Of a DNA stretch of 64,000 nucleotides, positions 58,717 to 64,000 are shown piece by piece. The position numbers were made by a program, and so were the translations under genes. The DNA is taken from contig CAVRHD010000002.1 in the NCBI GenBank assembly GCA_963720965.1, positions 729,017 to 793,016 of the forward strand, in the 5' to 3' direction. The stretch is from an uncultured Chloroflexia bacterium. Lineage in GTDB: Bacteria > Chloroflexota > Limnocylindria > Limnocylindrales > CSP1-4. The notes under the pieces are model-generated. The model ran no database searches, was not told where the DNA came from, and saw only the letters and a program-made list of their open reading frames with translations. How positions within the stretch are numbered: position 1 is the stretch's first letter; each line of letters starts with the position of its first letter.

Positions 58717-60884
58717 GGCTCAGATCCTTTCGGCTCAGCCCCGGGCGTGGCAGCGGCAGCCGCCAGGCTCGGCGGTGGGCCCATCACCGCGAGGACGGTC
58801 CGCCACGTCGCCGCAACGACCCCGAGAATCGGGACCACCAGGAACATCCCAAGGATCCCACCTAGCGCGTTTCCTGCCGGAATCGCGAGGAGGATGATCG
58901 CCGGATGGATGTGCACGGCCTTGCTGAAGACCAGCGGCTGGACGATGTTGCCCTGGACGATGTTGAACACAACGGTCCAGATGAGCATCACCGCGATGGC
59001 CACCGGGTTGCCCGTTGTGATCGTGAGCAGGACGGCGATCCCGGTCGTGATCATGCCCCCGATATACGGAATGTAACCGGCAAAGGCCGAGAGCACGAAG
59101 ACGGGCAACGCCAGGGGCACGCCCAGGATCAGCATGATCACGAACTGGGTGAACGCGCCGACCACTGACACGACGCCGGTCGCGATCATGTAGCCGCCGA
59201 GGACCGAGACGGCCCGGCCGGCAGCGCCGTCGGCCAACGTCCGCCGCCACGGCGCGAGAGTCGAGGTCAGGGCCGCCCAGCCCTCGCGACCGTCGCGCAG
59301 GGCGATGAACGTCAGCACGATGCCGACCGCCATGACCACGCTGAAGCTGGCAACATCGGCGGCGATCCCGAGGACGGCCTGGGCGATCTGGCCGCTGACC
59401 TGGCCGGCGAACGCGGTCAGGACGCCGGCCAGGCCGCTGACCGAGTCGTTGACCGAGCCGCTGCCGCTGACCACCTTGGTGGCGATGTCCGCGACGTTGG
59501 CGACCAGCACGGCGAGGGCGAACCCACACAGGATCAGGACGGCACCGACCAGGCTCACCGTGGCCACGATTGACGCAAGGGTCCGTCCCCAACCGCGCCT
59601 GACGAGCGCGGCGACGGCCGGCGCCAGGGTCGCCGCCAGGACCGCCGCCAGGATCAGGGGCACGAGCAGCAACGGCACGACCGCGATCGGGATGATGATC
59701 ACAATGACCAGGGCCATCCCCGCCAGGAGCCGCCAGCTCCAGCCGGCCAGGAGATCGAGCCAGGGCGGGACGACGCTGCCCGCCGGCGTCGGCGCCAACG
59801 ATCCTCGCGGACGCTCGGCCTTGAAGGTTGCGGCGGCCGCGAACGTGGCGACCGCCACGGGCACGGCCAGGAGCAGGCCGAACAGCCCGGCGACGTATAC
59901 CCCGACCAGCATGGCGATGAGGACCACGGCCGGGTTGACCGGGACGACCCACCCGGCGTCCCGGCGGGCCAGCGCACGCTCGATCGCGATGCTCGTTACG
60001 ACGAGCACGATCAGCATCGCGATCGCCCAGCCCGGGCCGTTGACAGCGAGGACTGCCAGCATGATCGCGATCGTGGCCACCGCCGCACCGACATACGGAA
60101 CGAAGCTCGCTGCGAACATCAGGGTGGCGAGGGCCAGCACGAGCGGGACCCCGAGCAGGGCCAGGGCGACCAGGCTGACCAGGGCCCGCACCCCCGCCAC
60201 CACCGTCAGCCGCCGAATGTAGTCGCCCAGTCGCTTCGCCCCGGCGCTCGCCACGGCAGCCGCGAGGTGCTCCTCCTGCTCGTTGAGGCCCTGGGTGATC
60301 CAGGGCCACCAGTTGGTCGGGCTGACCAGCAGGTAGAACGTGGTGAATGCCCCGAACAGCAGGACCGTGAAGATCGTCGAGATGTGCGAGGCGATGGCGG
60401 CAAAGTTGGCCGCCAGCCAGCTCGAGCCGCCGTTGATGATCGCCTCGATGGCGTCTCCGATCTGGCCCGGTAGCTGGATGCTCGCCTCGCGGCCATGCAG
60501 GTCGGCGAGGGCCGCCTTGATCGCCGCGACCAGCTCGGGTCCATAGCGGACGAAGACTACTGCCCCGACGCCCAGGACGAGGATGATCGCGCCAAAGGCG
60601 AGCAGCGTACCGACGGCGGCCGCCTTTCCCGCGCCCCAGCCGCGGTCCCTGAGGCGGCGCACGACGGGCAGGACCGTGATCGAGGCCACGGCGGCTACGA
60701 TCACCGAGGCCGTCACCGTTCCGACGGCGAACGCGACGCCGGCGACGACCACGACCAGGCCGACGATGGCCAGGATCCGCCAGGCGAGCGCCCCGAGGGT
60801 GATCAGCCAGAACGGGACCGTGTGATGTCCGTCGACATCCGGCCCCGAGAACAGATCGCCGGCCTCGCTCGCTTCAACCGTCAT
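58713..60884 (-). CDS. tandem (duplicated) AI-2E/PerM-family transporter
   Basis: Two successive PerM-like halves. Each has the FxPYxG segment (ASFVPYVGAAV; FAGYIPYIGGMI) and a terminal G..G.LLAVP / GILGMFLVVP helix. A 4-nt overlap links it to the downstream DUF2252 gene. Confidence 0.75.
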   Translation of the reverse strand: MTVEASEAGDLFSGPDVDGHHTVPFWLITLGALAWRILAIVGLVVVVAGVAFAVGTVTASVIVAAVASITVLPVVRRLRDRGWGAGKAAAVGTLLAFGAIILVLGVGAVVFVRYGPELVAAIKAALADLHGREASIQLPGQIGDAIEAIINGGSSWLAANFAAIASHISTIFTVLLFGAFTTFYLLVSPTNWWPWITQGLNEQEEHLAAAVASAGAKRLGDYIRRLTVVAGVRALVSLVALALLGVPLVLALATLMFAASFVPYVGAAVATIAIMLAVLAVNGPGWAIAMLIVLVVTSIAIERALARRDAGWVVPVNPAVVLIAMLVGVYVAGLFGLLLAVPVAVATFAAAATFKAERPRGSLAPTPAGSVVPPWLDLLAGWSWRLLAGMALVIVIIIPIAVVPLLLVPLILAAVLAATLAPAVAALVRRGWGRTLASIVATVSLVGAVLILCGFALAVLVANVADIATKVVSGSGSVNDSVSGLAGVLTAFAGQVSGQIAQAVLGIAADVASFSVVMAVGIVLTFIALRDGREGWAALTSTLAPWRRTLADGAAGRAVSVLGGYMIATGVVSVVGAFTQFVIMLILGVPLALPVFVLSAFAGYIPYIGGMITTGIAVLLTITTGNPVAIAVMLIWTVVFNIVQGNIVQPLVFSKAVHIHPAIILLAIPAGNALGGILGMFLVVPILGVVAATWRTVLAVMGPPPSLAAAAATPGAEPKGSEP

Positions 60885-61197
60885 TCGGGCATGCCTCCAT
60901 GGGCATGGTAGACATCGGCGACGTGGCGGCGCGGCCCGCGGCGCAGGGTCAAGAGGCTGGCCACGGCGACCCAGGCCGGCCGGAACAGGATGATCCCGTC
61001 GTGGCGCGCGCCGCCGCCGTGCGGCCGTCGGGTTTCGACACCCGGGCTACCTCCCCATGGTCTGAGCTCGTCTGCGGGCCGATCGTGCACCTCCGCGGGG
61101 ACGAGGACGTCACCCGTTTCGGATGATGACCAACCCAGCTGCGCGCCGTACAACCAGCTCAGGCACTTGAGCCACCACGGATTTGAGGGATGCGTAG

Positions 61198-61557
61198 ATG
61201 ACGTTTGTTGACGTGCTCTGGGACATGATCTTCTTCTTCTTCTGGTTCATGGCGATCTGGATCTTCATCCAGATCTTCGCCGACATCTTCCGGCGCAATG
61301 ACCTGTCGGGTGGCTGGAAGGCGATCTGGATCGTGATCATCTTCATCCTGCCGTTCCTGGGCTGCCTGATCTACCTGGTCTCGCGCCCCAAGATGACGGC
61401 CCAGGACGTCCAGATGGCGACCCAGGCCGATGCCGCGATGAGGGCTGCATCGAGCGTCTCGACGGCCGACGAGCTGACCAAGCTCCAGCAGCTCAAGGAC
61501 TCGGGCGCGATCACCGTCCCGGAGTTCGACGCCCTCAAGGCCAAGCTGCTCGCTTGA
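61198..61557 (+). CDS. PLDc_N-like small membrane domain fused to SHOCT domain
   Basis: FFFFWFMAIWIFIQIFADIFRRNDLSGGWKAIWIVIIFILPFLGCLIYLV is the cardiolipin-synthase N-terminal-type domain. The C-terminal LQQLKDSGAITVPEFDALKAKLLA is a SHOCT motif. Confidence 0.75.
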   Translation: MTFVDVLWDMIFFFFWFMAIWIFIQIFADIFRRNDLSGGWKAIWIVIIFILPFLGCLIYLVSRPKMTAQDVQMATQADAAMRAASSVSTADELTKLQQLKDSGAITVPEFDALKAKLLA

Positions 61558-61581
61558 CCCCGGGGTCCAGGGGGCCGCAAC

Positions 61582-62025
61582 GTGTCACTTGGGCCGGTTG
61601 AGCTGATCGTCCTGCACTTCGAAGGCAATGCCTTCAGGCAGGAGGTCCTGCCGGTCCTGCAGCAGCTGGTAGACGACGGCACCGTCCGGATCCTTGACCT
61701 CCTGTTCGAGGTCAAGGACCAGGACGGCCGGCTGTCGGTCGCCGAGACCGACGAGGTCCGGGAGGCGTTCGGTGAGTTCCAGCCCCTGATCGCGGAGCTC
61801 ACCGAGCTGCTCACAGAGGATGACGCCGAGCGGCTCGGTGGGTCGCTCGCGCCGAATTCCTCGGCGGCCCTGATTCTGTTCGAGGACTGCTGGGCTAACC
61901 GCTTCCGCGACGCGGTCCAGACGGCCGGCGGCCGGCTGGTCGTATCGGAGCGGATCCCGCGGGCGGTCATCGACGAGCTCATCGCCGCCCGATCGGCGAG
62001 CCTCGCCGCGCCGGCCCCTGCCTGA
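61582..62025 (+). CDS. DUF6325-like protein (paralog of 52220..52657)
   Basis: See 52220..52657. Confidence 0.7.
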   Translation: MSLGPVELIVLHFEGNAFRQEVLPVLQQLVDDGTVRILDLLFEVKDQDGRLSVAETDEVREAFGEFQPLIAELTELLTEDDAERLGGSLAPNSSAALILFEDCWANRFRDAVQTAGGRLVVSERIPRAVIDELIAARSASLAAPAPA

Positions 62026-62051
62026 ATCGAGCCCGAAGGGAGCGTCCGCGA

Positions 62052-62375
62052 ATGGCCGCCAGGCGGATATCGATGCGTCGCGGTCCCGGCCTGATCAGCA
62101 CGCTGGCCCGATCAGTCGCGATCGCGGGGACGGCCACCGCCCGCGACGGCGTCGCCGGCCAGGAGCCTTGGTCCAGCGACGAGGTCTCCGCGCTCCACGG
62201 CCAGATGGACGAGCTGCAGGCGCTCGAGGTTGCCGCGGCGACGGCGCCCCGTGCCGAAGAGGCCGCACGCGCGGTCCTCGACCGGCAGATCAGCCAGCTC
62301 GCCCGGCTCCGCCGGAACGGCGTCCTCAGCGACTCGGCGTTCACCGAGGCGATGGCAAGGCTGCTCGGCCTGTGA
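62052..62375 (+). CDS. SHOCT-domain protein
   Basis: C-terminal LARLRRNGVLSDSAFTEAMARLLGL, and N-terminal MRRGPGLISTLARSVAIAGTATA shared with 52695..53021. Confidence 0.7.
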   Translation: MAARRISMRRGPGLISTLARSVAIAGTATARDGVAGQEPWSSDEVSALHGQMDELQALEVAAATAPRAEEAARAVLDRQISQLARLRRNGVLSDSAFTEAMARLLGL

Positions 62376-64000
62376 GCCAGGACCGGCCTCGAATTCCTGC
62401 GGCTCGCGCCGCGGGCCTGTTATCGCGGTTCGTCGGGCGGCGGTGATTTCGAGGAGCTTGAGGGCGAACGCTCGCTCGATCGCCTCGCTCCGCGAATGAG
62501 CGTCGAGCTTCTCGTAGAGCGCTTTGACATGGGTCCTGGCGGTGTTCCGCGAGACGAACAGGCGATCTGCGATCTCGGGAATGGGCAGATGGGTCTGGAG
62601 CAGGTCGAGGACGCGCCACTCGGCGGGCGTCAATGGCTCCGAGAGCATCTGCTCACCGCGCCGTGCGAGCGCCAGCGCGCGCTCGGCCTGGACCAGGACC
62701 TGGGGCAGGATGCCGGCTTCGCGGAAGCGCAGCAGCTCCCGGCGTGCTGCGGCCAGCATCGTCCCGGCCACCTGGAGCTCGCCGGTGGCAATGGCCAGCC
62801 GGGCGAGCTCGATCCGAAGCTGGATCGACCACCAGGGCAGGCCGGCGGACCGATCAATGGCCGATACGGCGGCCCGCAGCCACTCGAGCGCGGCGGCAGA
62901 TTGACCACGGCGTGCCGCCAGGAGGCCCGAGGCGGCCAGCGCAGCCAGGCTCGTTCCAGCCCGGTCGCCCGCGGGCAGGACCTCGGCACCCTTCAGGGCG
63001 GCCTGGGCCGACACCATCGCCCGGTTCGGCTCGCCCGCAGCCAGTGCCGTCAGGGCCAGGTAGCCGGTCGCGAAGACCGCCGTCGAGGGATCCACGTCGG
63101 CCAGCCAATCGGCGGCCAGCTCGAGCCTGGCCAGGGCCAGGTCGGGATGACCCAGCAGCGCCTGGCTGGCCCCGCGCATGAGCTCGATACAGCCACGCCA
63201 CGGCCCGCCGCCCGGATCGAGCTCCGAGGCTTCGATCGCCAGTGCGGTCATGCCGCTGATGCCGGCCCCGCCCTGCAGTGACTGGACAATGAGAATCCGG
63301 GCCCGGAGGGTCGCTCCGGAGGGGATGCCTGCCCCAGTCGCAGCCGCGCCCTCGGCCACGAGCCGGTAGTGCCTTGACTCTGCTGGGGCGCCACCGAGCG
63401 CCCCGATCAGGGCGGCGGTGATGGCCAGGTTCGGCTCGCCGGCCAATCGTGCCGGGGGAAGCCGGGCGACGGAATCGAGGACCTCGGCGACCGCGATCCG
63501 CCCTGTCATCTGGACGGCCCCGCGATCCAGGATGCCTGCCGCCAGCTCGTCGTCGTGGGCGGCCCGGGCATGAGCCAGGGCGCTGACGAAGTCGCCGCTA
63601 GCCTCTTCGGCCAGGGCCGCCCGAGTGTGGATCGCCACGATTCGATCAGGACTGAGCGAGCGCACGGCCTCCTCAGCCAGGAGCTCGGCGATGGGCCCGG
63701 TCAGCCGGAACCATTCGTGGCGCTCGTCGAGCGGGACAAGGAACAGGCCATCGTGACGAGCCTGGTCAACCGGGTCGGGCTGCCCGGGCCCGGCCAGGGC
63801 TGCCCGGGCCAGGCCCCGAGAGAATTGGCCAAGGACGGACGCCTCGGTCATGAATGTCCGCTGGTCGAGGTCGAGTCCGTCGAGGACGTTCTCCTCGAAG
63901 TACTCGACCGCCCGATGGTCCCGTAGCGACCAGGCTCGGGCCACGAGCTCGGGATCGGCGGACCCGGCGATCGCCCGCAGGGCGAGGGCCAGGCCGGCCG
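62112..64000 (-). CDS. large LuxR-family (MalT/LAL-like) transcriptional regulator, 5'-partial at window end; 3' end doubtful
   Basis: The LuxR HTH LTPAEWRVLDLLQTHLPIPEIADRLFVSRNTARTHVKALYEKL is preceded by TPR-like helical repeats. The frame is open to nt 64000. The roughly 110-aa tail after the HTH runs antisense through the SHOCT gene. Confidence 0.75.
   Translation of the reverse strand, partial: AGLALALRAIAGSADPELVARAWSLRDHRAVEYFEENVLDGLDLDQRTFMTEASVLGQFSRGLARAALAGPGQPDPVDQARHDGLFLVPLDERHEWFRLTGPIAELLAEEAVRSLSPDRIVAIHTRAALAEEASGDFVSALAHARAAHDDELAAGILDRGAVQMTGRIAVAEVLDSVARLPPARLAGEPNLAITAALIGALGGAPAESRHYRLVAEGAAATGAGIPSGATLRARILIVQSLQGGAGISGMTALAIEASELDPGGGPWRGCIELMRGASQALLGHPDLALARLELAADWLADVDPSTAVFATGYLALTALAAGEPNRAMVSAQAALKGAEVLPAGDRAGTSLAALAASGLLAARRGQSAAALEWLRAAVSAIDRSAGLPWWSIQLRIELARLAIATGELQVAGTMLAAARRELLRFREAGILPQVLVQAERALALARRGEQMLSEPLTPAEWRVLDLLQTHLPIPEIADRLFVSRNTARTHVKALYEKLDAHSRSEAIERAFALKLLEITAARRTAITGPRREPQEFEAGPGSQAEQPCHRLGERRVAEDAVPAEPGELADLPVEDRACGLFGTGRRRRGNLERLQLVHLAVERGDLVAGPRLLAGDAVAGGGRPRDRD

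Noticed and set aside
60881-61153. 90-aa minus-strand ORF whose stop overlaps the AI-2E start (ATGA).
   Set aside because: The 4-nt overlap is suggestive, but the sequence is R/G/P-rich with no recognisable fold. The region is more simply the divergent promoter region between the AI-2E operon and the PLDc_N-SHOCT gene. It is kept only as a possibility.
44491-64000. A third copy of the tRNA-Gln 3' repeat that would delimit a tandem second island.
   Set aside because: Scanning for GGTTCGAATCC or CTGGATCAGG-like strings downstream of 44490 found none, so no outer boundary can be claimed.

Overview
A visibly GC-rich bacterial chromosomal segment, Actinobacteria/Chloroflexi-like in codon style. 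All family names come from motifs read by eye in the supplied translations; no searches were run.

Layout:
- (1) 0-32 kb is mostly core metabolism. It holds a DNA-methyltransferase-like ORF at the window edge, a DUF1611/enolase-superfamily epimerase pair, tRNA-Glu(CUC), acyl-CoA dehydrogenase, adenosine deaminase and lipA. It also holds a 2-oxoacid dehydrogenase cluster (E3-E1alpha-E1beta ... E2), mutY, an aldehyde dehydrogenase, a GT1 glycosyltransferase, metY-metX and an LCP protein.
- (2) 32.3-44.5 kb is a roughly 12-kb island inserted at tRNA-Gln(CUG). It is bounded by a perfect 54-bp direct repeat of the tRNA 3' part. It carries only a 32-codon integrase remnant, two giant FtsX-like permease genes and several frame-disrupted genes of unknown function.
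- (3) 44.5-52 kb is a further accessory-looking stretch of small hypothetical, HTH and membrane genes.
- (4) 52-62.4 kb is a membrane/stress-type neighbourhood. A minus-strand operon (holin-like/phosphodiesterase fusion, DUF1269, DUF2252, tandem AI-2E transporter) is flanked on both sides by paralogous DUF6325-like + SHOCT modules.
- (5) The window ends in a partial large LuxR-type regulator.

Most notable observations:
- the decayed tRNA island;
- an XRE-HTH/PD-(D/E)xK-like gene cassette, flanked by an imperfect 18/19-bp direct repeat, sitting antisense between E1beta and E2;
- an interrupted E2 gene;
- frame disruptions concentrated in 32-52 kb;
- a 175-bp inverted-repeat element;
- a structured metY leader.

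No CRISPR array, rRNA or intact transposase was seen. Frame disruptions could be assembly indels and need read-level checking.
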